DNA from: Patescibacteria group bacterium
GTDB lineage: Bacteria > Patescibacteriota > Minisyncoccia > Phycocordibacterales > UBA12445
NCBI GenBank assembly: GCA_003504275.1
Contig: DOAO01000007.1
Coordinates: 75,535 to 139,534, forward strand
Direction: 5' to 3'
DNA: 64,000 nucleotides
The notes under the pieces are model-generated. The model saw only the letters and a list, made by a program, of their open reading frames with translations, was not told the origin of the DNA and did no database searches. Of the stretch, positions 49,901 to 57,428 are shown piece after piece; position 1 is the stretch's first letter, and each line of letters opens with the position of its first letter. Made by a program: the position numbers and the translations under genes.

Positions 49901-51121
49901 ACTGCTTTTTCGCCCACAATAACTCACACTGGTTTATTTATTAGTCCATCAGGTGGAACAGCGCAGGACTTTACGACACCACAAACATATACTGTTACCG
50001 CAATTGATTCTTCAACCCAAGAATATACTGTTTCCGTGGAGATTTTGTCTGATACTCAAACAGCTCCAAATGATTCAGGAAGCGCTACTGCCAGTTCCAC
50101 AAAACCTCAAGTTGTAATTAAAAATCCGACACAGGAGGTAAGTGTCTCAATAGAAAGCGGAACAATCGAGCCATCTATTGATGTGAGTGCATTTATCACT
50201 GATGGGGTTGGAGATATACCAAAAATTACTATTACATCTGCCAATGCGGGAAATGCTGTTATCTCAATTCCGCCTACGACAATTACAAGTGCGAGTACTA
50301 CATGGAATGGAATTCTTGCCGCGCCTACAGTAACCTCTGTTACTTTGCCGGAAACCTCAGGAGAAACAAAGACATTAAGTACTGCAATCGAAGTCGGATT
50401 TTCGGGAGTCAAATTGTCTTTTGATAAAGGAGTTAGGATTTTATTACCAAGTCAAGCTGGTAAAAGAGTGGGATATATTAGGACTGGAATAGAATTTACT
50501 GAGATAACCGCCACATGTTCTTCTGATTCTCAATCGGCTGGAGATGCTCTTGTTGCAGATGGTGATTGTAAAATCGATGTTGGCAGTGATTTAGTTATCT
50601 GGACGAAGCATTTTACAAGTTTTGCGTCTTATACTCAGACGACAAATACAACAACACCTTCTTCGGGTGGAGGTGGTATTGCAGGAAGTGGACCTACGGC
50701 AGTCGGTTACGTGGTGACTTATCCCCCTAGTCTGGTTCAATTAGCGCCTAAACAAATGTCAGAAATGACAATAGAAGAATTGAAGGCTGAGATATATAGA
50801 CTGACAGTATTGCTTCAAAGTCTCCGTACTCAAATAGAGCCACTAATCATTCGTCCATATGGTTTCGCTGTAAATTTAGCATTCGGTTCAAAGAATGAGG
50901 ATGTGAGAAATTTGCAAAAAGTTTTAAACAGCGATCTGGACACTGCGGTTGCACTCTCTGGGGCAGGATCAAGCGGGAATGAAACAAATTTTTTTGGAAC
51001 AGCTACAAGGGTGGCGGTGTTGAAATTTCAAAAGAAGTACGGTATTGCGCAGACTGGATTTGTAGGGCCCTTGACCAGGGCAAAATTACAGGAACTGTTC
51101 GGAACACATATAAATAACTAG
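46952..51121 (+). CDS. Large secreted surface protein: lamin-tail-like domain, two parallel beta-helix regions, Ig-like repeat, C-terminal peptidoglycan-binding domain
   Basis: Signal peptide; ILINEF..WYELIN; N/I-rich beta-helix repeats ending in NYWG; DVRNLQKVLN..FG.AT..AV.KFQKKYGI..TGFVGPLTR. Confidence 0.75.
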   Translation: MKKFIVVIILLCMSVVFIKNISASGPTYLPGNILINEFMTSTDVGVSQWYELINTTEDNINLTEWVLSSAVNGEINIATILDDDTIPAYGIVVIDTAYNPADDFGDVLQLKDPTAQVIHAVSYGDQPEPAEPNHTDAPTVGSTVALISGVWGSAPMPTKGWFNDAIDWTCEQINGIDSPEVPPTLSSVATCLSSEMSLETNLGEGSPINPSAFSSLYFRIPGMGMITFNDNLNLSDQNTVTVIRSLADKLMMSTAGTVGLNPDACDPMSGPCIVPAPSVFKNVNATVEFYGVNALGFYNVPPILVKDDEGVIIPSDDPSYPTITNLSYDGGQNDGTVYLTTNHFTQFTLDNSVYVDDDFSGDGSEANPFATIAEGVANVPEGGIVHVAAGSYDGNILIDRSMTIQGVSSTTITVTAPLASHGFDVSADNVTISGFTITGATGGGGGGKAGININSGVDNLTISDNIIAGNMYGIKTKGAITALNVQNNSINNNSYYGIYIIKVVGDLTVVADWTLQNNSFENDSYNIYREGTTGTLNAENNYWGWDNRAYVKNSIYYVSNNGGVDFVPFYTDEERTTLSDLYFTFDVGADEMHTYFSIQDAINEADCEASTTGTSNIITVGPGYYSETISMTKSVDLRGPNSNINPITDERADEAILDGVLPLIQMTTNGVANVTINGFKLVGATDVAVAGAIYSNKLNAHNITIRDNIFSGSQGRSIFTSQGEEGVYRNNWLITENVFENVGSVEGDPFQAAMMIQSIEGSSITNNQIDNTSYGGIQLGHSSSTIISGNSVSNVPRSGIQVAYSTGITVTGNTITNAGNGEEMVDVRGFGVHTDDTTENGGITFYNYDQPNITVTNNTISGSYNGIAIRSVGTSELGNLGEDILINENSITGSLNFAVENLAPSGQLSAEHNYWGSSLPDFGTIMSGSVDYNPWWTTASGPDVVSSSNKDISSFSISSQVGTTTINQTTHTVSMVVPFGTDVTAFSPTITHTGLFISPSGGTAQDFTTPQTYTVTAIDSSTQEYTVSVEILSDTQTAPNDSGSATASSTKPQVVIKNPTQEVSVSIESGTIEPSIDVSAFITDGVGDIPKITITSANAGNAVISIPPTTITSASTTWNGILAAPTVTSVTLPETSGETKTLSTAIEVGFSGVKLSFDKGVRILLPSQAGKRVGYIRTGIEFTEITATCSSDSQSAGDALVADGDCKIDVGSDLVIWTKHFTSFASYTQTTNTTTPSSGGGGIAGSGPTAVGYVVTYPPSLVQLAPKQMSEMTIEELKAEIYRLTVLLQSLRTQIEPLIIRPYGFAVNLAFGSKNEDVRNLQKVLNSDLDTAVALSGAGSSGNETNFFGTATRVAVLKFQKKYGIAQTGFVGPLTRAKLQELFGTHINN

Positions 51122-51343
51122 ATAAATAACCCCTTCTCAGGATTCCGCTCCGTCATACCTGGAGTTTCCCTTACTGGCATAAGGAGTCCTTGTGGATATA
51201 TGTGACTGTATGGAATGGACTAAGGTCATACACCCAATCCCCGCCCTCCTAAGTAGATAAATTGGGTAATTGGAGGAGGGAGTTTATGGTGGAGTTTTGA
51301 TTATTAATAAAATAATACCACTTTCCAGACAGGAGTATTTTAT

Positions 51344-51377
51344 TTGACTCTTTGTTATTATGAGTGTATATTCATAA
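51344..51377 (+). promoter_or_regulatory. Sigma70 promoter overlapped by a 20-bp palindromic operator
   Basis: TTGACT(51344)-17 bp-TATATT(51367); TTATGAGTGTATATTCATAA at 51358-51377. Confidence 0.65.
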
Positions 51378-51423
51378 TATTATATAGGCGGGTTTTGAGA
51401 TATTTTTAAACAAAATAGTAAAA

Positions 51424-51954
51424 ATGGTAGAGATAATTCAAAAGGATGATAAAATTCTACGAGAAATTTCGAAAGAAGTTTCTGTCTCTGAAATAACAAA
51501 ACCGGAAATACAAAAAATTATTTCCGATATGAATTCCGCACTGGATTCTCAGTATGATGGAGTTGCAATAGCTGCACCTCAGATTGGTGTGTCTCTTCGA
51601 ATTTTTATAATACCTAAAAGAGTTTTTGAAAACAGAGATTTTATTAAACAAATAGGTTCCATAGATAATCTGAAAGAAGAAATTAAGCAAAATCTGGTTT
51701 TTATTAACCCTGTTATTAAGAAGTTATCTAAGGATAAAAAATTAATGGAAGAGGGTTGTCTGTCTGTTCGTCCCATATTTGGTAACGTTAGAAGAGCCAC
51801 CAGGGCTACTGTAGAAGCTTATAATGAAAAAGGTGAAAAATTTATAATGGAAGGAACCGGTTTATTGGCTCACATATTTCAACATGAGGTTGACCATTTA
51901 GAAGGAATACTTTTTACAGATAAAGCAAAAAATCTTCGCGAGATTAAAATATAG
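51424..51954 (+). CDS. def: Peptide deformylase
   Basis: GVAIAAPQIG, EGCLS, QHEVDHLEG. Confidence 0.95.
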   Translation: MVEIIQKDDKILREISKEVSVSEITKPEIQKIISDMNSALDSQYDGVAIAAPQIGVSLRIFIIPKRVFENRDFIKQIGSIDNLKEEIKQNLVFINPVIKKLSKDKKLMEEGCLSVRPIFGNVRRATRATVEAYNEKGEKFIMEGTGLLAHIFQHEVDHLEGILFTDKAKNLREIKI

Positions 51955-51998
51955 TTTTTTGGTTTTTTAAATAACAAATTATTAATAAAAATTGAATT

Positions 51999-52304
51999 AT
52001 GCCAAGACCTCAACGTTGTTTGTGCCAAGGTATAAAATTTAGACCAAATGTAGTTTATTTCAAGCCCCAAGGTGTTCCGATACAAGATCTTGAGGTTGTA
52101 GAACTATCGATGGAAGAAATTGAATCTTATCGCTTACGCCATATAGATGACTTAGATCAAAAGGAATCTGCTGAAAGAATGCATACGTCTCAAAGTACTT
52201 ATCAGAGAATACTTAATTCAGCATATAAAAAAATTGCCGATTTTTTGATAAATGGCAAAGCAATTAAGGTTGTTGAGCACGAACAATTTGTTATTAGAAG
52301 TTAA
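51999..52304 (+). CDS. DUF134 (UPF0251) putative DNA-binding protein
   Basis: MPRP..C.., YFKP.G, EE.E..RL...DL.Q.E.AERM..SQST.QRIL.SA.KKIA..L..GKAI. Confidence 0.88.
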   Translation: MPRPQRCLCQGIKFRPNVVYFKPQGVPIQDLEVVELSMEEIESYRLRHIDDLDQKESAERMHTSQSTYQRILNSAYKKIADFLINGKAIKVVEHEQFVIRS

Positions 52305-52321
52305 AAATAAATAAATATAAC

Positions 52322-53065
52322 ATGACACTACTTTATATATTATTGGCCACACTTTCCATAACATTCTGCGTTTTTGTGGCTGTCGGTTTTTTGTATATAA
52401 AAAAAGAGATTTTACCAAAGATATTGTTGACACTAGTTTCTCTTTCTGCTGGTGCTTTGATGGGGGGCGCATTTTTGCACCTTTTACCGGAATCAGTTTC
52501 TTCAGGTGTTGGGTTTGATACTGCTGGGTTGATTGTTTTATTATCGTTTATTTTTTTTCTTTTAGTAGAAAAATTTCTTCATTGGCATCATTGTCACAAG
52601 GCAAATTGTGATATCCATGGCAGTATTGGTCGCATCAATCTCTTGGGAGACTCTATCCATAATTTTATTGATGGTCTTGTGATAGCCGCTTCTTTTTTGG
52701 TTGATTTCAATACAGGAATAGCAACATCATTGGCAATAGCACTACACGAGATACCTCAAGAAATTGGGGATTTTGGTGTTCTTTTGTATGCAGGATATAA
52801 CAGAAAAAGGGCGCTAATCTTTAATTACCTAGTCGCAACGACAGTGGTATTGGGAGGTTTGGCGGGTTACTTCTTTAATTTTATGATTGAGGGTGTAATG
52901 CCTTACTTATTGCCATTTGCAGCCGGAGGATTTATTTATATTGCAGCCTCCGACCTTATACCTGAAGTACGAAAAGAAACAAGTGTAAGTAAGTTTATGC
53001 TTCACCTCAGTGTTTTTGTTATAGGTATTATTTTCATGTTTTTAATAAAATTTATTCACGAATAA
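52322..53065 (+). CDS. ZIP family metal (zinc) transporter
   Basis: His-rich loop HWHHCH, HNFIDG, HEIPQEIGD. Confidence 0.92.
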   Translation: MTLLYILLATLSITFCVFVAVGFLYIKKEILPKILLTLVSLSAGALMGGAFLHLLPESVSSGVGFDTAGLIVLLSFIFFLLVEKFLHWHHCHKANCDIHGSIGRINLLGDSIHNFIDGLVIAASFLVDFNTGIATSLAIALHEIPQEIGDFGVLLYAGYNRKRALIFNYLVATTVVLGGLAGYFFNFMIEGVMPYLLPFAAGGFIYIAASDLIPEVRKETSVSKFMLHLSVFVIGIIFMFLIKFIHE

Positions 53066-53076
53066 TTTTTAAATTT

Positions 53077-53346
53077 ATGAAAGTATTAAAATTTGGAGCA
53101 GTTTGGTGTTCTGGTTGTCTTGTAATGAGACCAAGGTGGAAGGAAATAGAAGAGGAAAATAAATGGATGAAAAATGAATATTATGATTTCGACAAAGATA
53201 AGGAGATGGTAGAAAAATACAAAATAGATCAAAATTTACCCACTTTTGTTTTTCTGGATAAAAATAATAATGAGATAATGCGTTTGAGCGGGGAGCCATC
53301 AAAGGAAGAGTTACTTAAGTTGATTGAAGTGCACAAAGACAAATAA
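53077..53346 (+). CDS. Thioredoxin family protein
   Basis: WCSGC active site, LPTF cis-Pro motif. Confidence 0.85.
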   Translation: MKVLKFGAVWCSGCLVMRPRWKEIEEENKWMKNEYYDFDKDKEMVEKYKIDQNLPTFVFLDKNNNEIMRLSGEPSKEELLKLIEVHKDK

Positions 53347-53355
53347 CCAAAATAT

Positions 53356-54561
53356 ATGTTTAAAAAAATTATTTTCTCAATCTTTTTATTTTCTCTGTTT
53401 TTGATACCAGGGTATATTTTTGCTCAAGAAAATAAAAATATTGTTAATGTTTATTTCTTTTGGGGCAACGGTTGTCCCCATTGTGCTAATGAGAAGCCGT
53501 TTTTGGATAAAATTGAAAAAGAAAATGAATATGTTCATATTAATAGGTACGAGGTTTGGGAAAATAAAGAAAACCTTGATTTACTTATTAATATTGGTAA
53601 AGAGCTGGGGGTAAATGTTTCAGGGGTTCCTTTGACGCTGGTTGGGGATGAATCTTTTGTTGGATATGCTGAAGGGTATACATCTAAACAAATAGAAGAC
53701 AGAATTGCTTATTGTTCCACTAATAAATGCAAAGATTCCGTTGCATCTCTTGCTGGACTAGAAACATCAAACGGAGATGGTGAGGTACTAGCTTCTTTTA
53801 CAAAGAAGGAAATTCCAGAAAGCATTAACTTACCAATAGTAGGAAATATAAATATTAAAAACTTTTCCCTGCCTCTTCTTACGGTTATTTTGGGTGGTTT
53901 GGATGGTTTTAATCCCTGTGCAATGTGGACACTTCTCTTTCTGATAAGTCTTCTTTTGGGAATGGAGAATAAGAAAAGAATGTGGATATTGGGCAGTGCT
54001 TTCATAATAAGTTCAGCCCTCGTGTATTTTATGTTCATGGTGGCATGGTTAAATTTACTTTTATTTCTTGGATTTATTGTTTGGGTAAGAATTTCCGTGG
54101 GTTCTTTGGCTTTAATTGGTGGGGGTTACAATATAAGAGAGTATTTTATGAGTCAAACCGCAGGATGTAAAATTACTGGATCAGAAAAAAGGCAGGCTGT
54201 TTTTGAAAAATTAAAAAAAATTACACAAGAAAATAGCTTTTGGTTGGCACTTGTTGGTATCGTTATCCTTGCTTTTGCTGTTAATTTGGTAGAGTTGATT
54301 TGTTCCGCCGGATTACCGGCTGTTTATGCTCAAGTTCTTGCGCTTAGCGAACTCTCTTCCTTGCAATACTATTTATACATTTCCTTGTATATATTTGTTT
54401 TTATGTTAGACGATTTGGTTGTCTTTTTCATTGCCATGTACACACTGGAGATGGTTGGAATTACAACTAAATATACAAAATGGTCTCATTTAATAGGCGG
54501 GTTATTGATGGTAATAATAGGCTTCCTGCTTATTTTAAGGCCAGATTTGTTAATGTTCTAA
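53356..54561 (+). CDS. Exported glutaredoxin-like domain fused to a CcdA/DsbD-like membrane domain
   Basis: CPHC..GVP; DGFNPCA and ELICSAG cysteines within TM segments. Confidence 0.75.
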   Translation: MFKKIIFSIFLFSLFLIPGYIFAQENKNIVNVYFFWGNGCPHCANEKPFLDKIEKENEYVHINRYEVWENKENLDLLINIGKELGVNVSGVPLTLVGDESFVGYAEGYTSKQIEDRIAYCSTNKCKDSVASLAGLETSNGDGEVLASFTKKEIPESINLPIVGNINIKNFSLPLLTVILGGLDGFNPCAMWTLLFLISLLLGMENKKRMWILGSAFIISSALVYFMFMVAWLNLLLFLGFIVWVRISVGSLALIGGGYNIREYFMSQTAGCKITGSEKRQAVFEKLKKITQENSFWLALVGIVILAFAVNLVELICSAGLPAVYAQVLALSELSSLQYYLYISLYIFVFMLDDLVVFFIAMYTLEMVGITTKYTKWSHLIGGLLMVIIGFLLILRPDLLMF

Positions 54562-54604
54562 AAATAAGTAATCATGTATCTAAGGAATAATTTTTTATTT
54601 TAAA

Positions 54605-55666
54605 ATGATTATTAAAAAACTACTCATTATTTTATTTTTAATTCCATTTTTTGTTATTGCCGAAAGCCCTGAAATTTTTAAAGGTGAGGTGTTGGATATT
54701 ACGTTTGAGGAAGATACTATAATTCCGGAAATAAATTTAGAAACTTTTGTTCAGGATCTAAAAATAAAGATTATTGAAGATAACAATAAAGAGAAGATTA
54801 TAGACGTAAAGAATGACTACATAAGGCTTAAGAAGGGGGATAGGGTTTTTGTAGAAAACACTGGAAACGGTACAAAGGAAGAGGGCAGTTTTATCATAAA
54901 AGAAAAAGATAGAACTGGTCCTCTTTTTTATTTTCTAATAATATTTGTTTCCTCAATAATTTTTTTTGGTGGAATGCAAGGTGTTAGATCTGTGTTCAGT
55001 TTGTTTTTAAGCTTTGTTGCAATTGGTTATATCCTTATTCCCGCAATAATGAGCGGTTACTCACCAGTATTAATAAGTAGTGCGGTTGCAACAGCAATAT
55101 TATTTATTGCTATATATTTTACACATGGTTTCAATAGAGAATCCACCTCGGCCTTTTTAGGAACGGTAATCTCCGTAATCGTTACTGGTTTTTTATCTTA
55201 TGTTGGAGTAAAAATGGCTCAATTTACAGGAATGGGAACAGAAGAGGCTTTTATCCTTAGTTTACATGGAGGTGTAAGTATCGATTTTTCGGGTCTACTT
55301 TTGGGAGGTATTATAATTGGAACCTTGGGTGTTTTGGATGATGTTGCTGTAACGCAATCTATTGTCGTAAGGGAAATTTATAAACTACAAAAAGATATGA
55401 AATTTTCCGATGTCTATAAACGTGCGTTGTCTGTTGGAAAGGAGCATGTTGGAGCAATGGTTAACACTCTGGCCTTGGCTTACACGGGAGCGTCTTTGCC
55501 TCTTATTCTTATTTTTTACAAAAGCGAATATCCCGTGTCTCTTATTTTGAGTCAGGAGATATTTTCCGTTGAAATAATGAGGACTGTGGTTGGAAGTATT
55601 GGGTTGATTTTTTCAGTTCCATTAACCACAGCTTTTGCTGTTTATCTTTTAAGGAGTAAAATTTAA
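54605..55666 (+). CDS. YibE/F family membrane protein
   Basis: IIGTLGVLDD, VG..H.G.MVNTL.LAY.G.SLP, GSIGL...P.TT. Confidence 0.85.
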   Translation: MIIKKLLIILFLIPFFVIAESPEIFKGEVLDITFEEDTIIPEINLETFVQDLKIKIIEDNNKEKIIDVKNDYIRLKKGDRVFVENTGNGTKEEGSFIIKEKDRTGPLFYFLIIFVSSIIFFGGMQGVRSVFSLFLSFVAIGYILIPAIMSGYSPVLISSAVATAILFIAIYFTHGFNRESTSAFLGTVISVIVTGFLSYVGVKMAQFTGMGTEEAFILSLHGGVSIDFSGLLLGGIIIGTLGVLDDVAVTQSIVVREIYKLQKDMKFSDVYKRALSVGKEHVGAMVNTLALAYTGASLPLILIFYKSEYPVSLILSQEIFSVEIMRTVVGSIGLIFSVPLTTAFAVYLLRSKI

Positions 55667-55670
55667 ATAT

Positions 55671-56099
55671 ATGAAAAAATATCTTTTAATTGGAACTTTT
55701 TTAACAGTAGGATTATTTGTCTATAATTTTTATTCTCCAGGTGTCTGTCTTGGAGGAGAGTGTGAAGTAATTTCAAATATAGAGCAGACTGCTAGTTTGT
55801 CTAATCCTGAAATTATTCAAAAACAGCTAAATATTGGCCAATTTGTTCTAATTGATGTAAGGGAGGACGAAGAGTGGGACACTGGACACATTTTGGGAGC
55901 AAAACATATACCCTTAAGTAGTTTAAATGAAGAAACCACAAGAAATATTCCTAAAGATAAAATAGTTTATCTTTATTGTCGTTCAGGTAAGAGAGCTAAA
56001 AACGCTGAGACCATAATGAATGATTTGGGTTTTGAAAAAGCTAAGGGTATTGGTGGAATTGTGGAATGGCAAGAAAACGGAGGTGTATTGGTTCAATAG
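55671..56099 (+). CDS. Rhodanese-like domain protein
   Basis: IDVRE..EW..GHI.GA.HIP, YCRSGKRA, GGI..W. Confidence 0.88.
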   Translation: MKKYLLIGTFLTVGLFVYNFYSPGVCLGGECEVISNIEQTASLSNPEIIQKQLNIGQFVLIDVREDEEWDTGHILGAKHIPLSSLNEETTRNIPKDKIVYLYCRSGKRAKNAETIMNDLGFEKAKGIGGIVEWQENGGVLVQ

Positions 56100-56130
56100 A
56101 AGTATGCGTCTTTATTATTAATATATAAAA

Positions 56131-56838
56131 ATGAATAAAAAGAATTTATTAGTGGTATCGTTATTTTTTGTTTTATTCTTGATTCTTAGTTTTAATTTAA
56201 ATCAGAAAAAAAATACAAATTCAAATAATTTAAACAATAAATACGAAGAATATGTAGTTGATTCCGGAGATATGATAAAAGAAAAAGACCTCTCCGTGTC
56301 TATATTAGATTTAAATATTACAGCAGAAGAGAAGGCCGGTCTCATTCTTATGAGGGAAGAGGAGAAATTGGCCAGAGATGTATATCGTCACCTTGGGGAA
56401 AAGTGGGGAATGAATATTTTCTTTAATATAGCAGATAGCGAACAAACACATACTAATGCTATTAAGGTACTGCTTGAACGTTATGGCGTAGAGGATCCTG
56501 TTAAAGACGATATTTCGGGTAAATTTACTTCTTTGGAAATGTCCAAATTGTACGAAGAATTAATACAAAAAGGAGAAAAGTCTATTGTCGATGCGATTAT
56601 GGTGGGTGCCATTATAGAGGATCTTGATATAAAGGATTTGGAGGTTCTTTTGGGACAAACGACAAAAGAGGATATTGTTTTAACTTATAAAAACCTTCAA
56701 AAAGGTTCTAGAAACCATCTTCGTGCTTATTCAAAAAATTTAGATCGTCAAGGAATTACATATGCTCCGCAATACATATCTGAGGAAATATACAAACAAA
56801 TAATTTCTTCTGAACAAGAGAGGGGAACAGTAAAATAA
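56131..56838 (+). CDS. DUF2202 ferritin-like protein
   Basis: MREEEKLARDVY, IADSEQTH, IEDLDI.DL, GSRNHLRA. Confidence 0.85.
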   Translation: MNKKNLLVVSLFFVLFLILSFNLNQKKNTNSNNLNNKYEEYVVDSGDMIKEKDLSVSILDLNITAEEKAGLILMREEEKLARDVYRHLGEKWGMNIFFNIADSEQTHTNAIKVLLERYGVEDPVKDDISGKFTSLEMSKLYEELIQKGEKSIVDAIMVGAIIEDLDIKDLEVLLGQTTKEDIVLTYKNLQKGSRNHLRAYSKNLDRQGITYAPQYISEEIYKQIISSEQERGTVK

Positions 56839-56890
56839 CCCGTCATTCACAAATAAAATACCGGTATAAACGCCGGTATTTTTGTTTTTG

Positions 56891-56924
56891 TTGACAAAAA
56901 ACAGTTATGGGTATATATTCATAA
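56891..56924 (+). promoter_or_regulatory. Sigma70 promoter overlapped by a second copy of the 20-bp operator
   Basis: TTGACA(56891)-17 bp-TATATT(56914); TTATGGGTATATATTCATAA at 56905-56924. Confidence 0.65.
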
Positions 56925-56958
56925 TAATAGTCGTATTTATTATTTAATTTTTAAAAAA

Positions 56959-57153
56959 ATGCCAAGATTAGATGGAACAGGCCCAATGGGCCAGGGGCGT
57001 GGTATGGGTCGTGGGCAGGGGGGGGTTGGGAGAGGACGTCGGGGTTTTTCTCAGAACCAAGTTAGAAAACTTGATGGAACAGGCCCAATGGGTCAGGGAC
57101 CAAGAACTGGCAGAGGGTTGGGAAATTGTCCCGCTTCTGATAAAAGGGTTTAG
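56959..57153 (+). CDS. DUF5320-like small Gly/Arg-rich protein with a duplicated DGTGPMGQG motif
   Basis: MPRLDGTGPMGQG...LDGTGPMGQGPRTGRGLGNC. Confidence 0.75.
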   Translation: MPRLDGTGPMGQGRGMGRGQGGVGRGRRGFSQNQVRKLDGTGPMGQGPRTGRGLGNCPASDKRV

Positions 57154-57268
57154 GTTTTTAAAAACCTAATTATTACGTTATTGTTGTCAAAATTAAGAAT
57201 ATATTGTAAAAGTTATTTTCTTTGTATTTTTTATTTGCGTTATTTATTTTTATTTTTTATAATAACAT

Positions 57269-57379
57269 TGAGGTTGATGGTTTGACAGGTTGTGTCGTGA
57301 GGCATAACCACTCGGTTGCAACAGACCGATAGAACCGTTTTACCTTGTCGAGAAGTTCCGGGTCAAACCGGGGCTTTTT
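57269..57379 (+). ncRNA. Unassigned three-way-junction RNA, copy 1, with promoter and terminator
   Basis: TTGCGT(57235)-17 bp-TATAAT(57258); P1/P2(GNRA)/P3 fold; terminator 57353-57379; about 84% identical to 63355-63434. Confidence 0.7.
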
Positions 57380-57428
57380 GATTTGTGGTTAATTTTGGAA
57401 AATTTGAAAATATTAGTAGAATTGTCTT

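Noticed and set aside
49238-49927. 229-aa antisense ORF and other shadow ORFs inside long genes
   Set aside because: Fully overlapped by well-supported genes on the other strand or frame, with no recognisable motifs.
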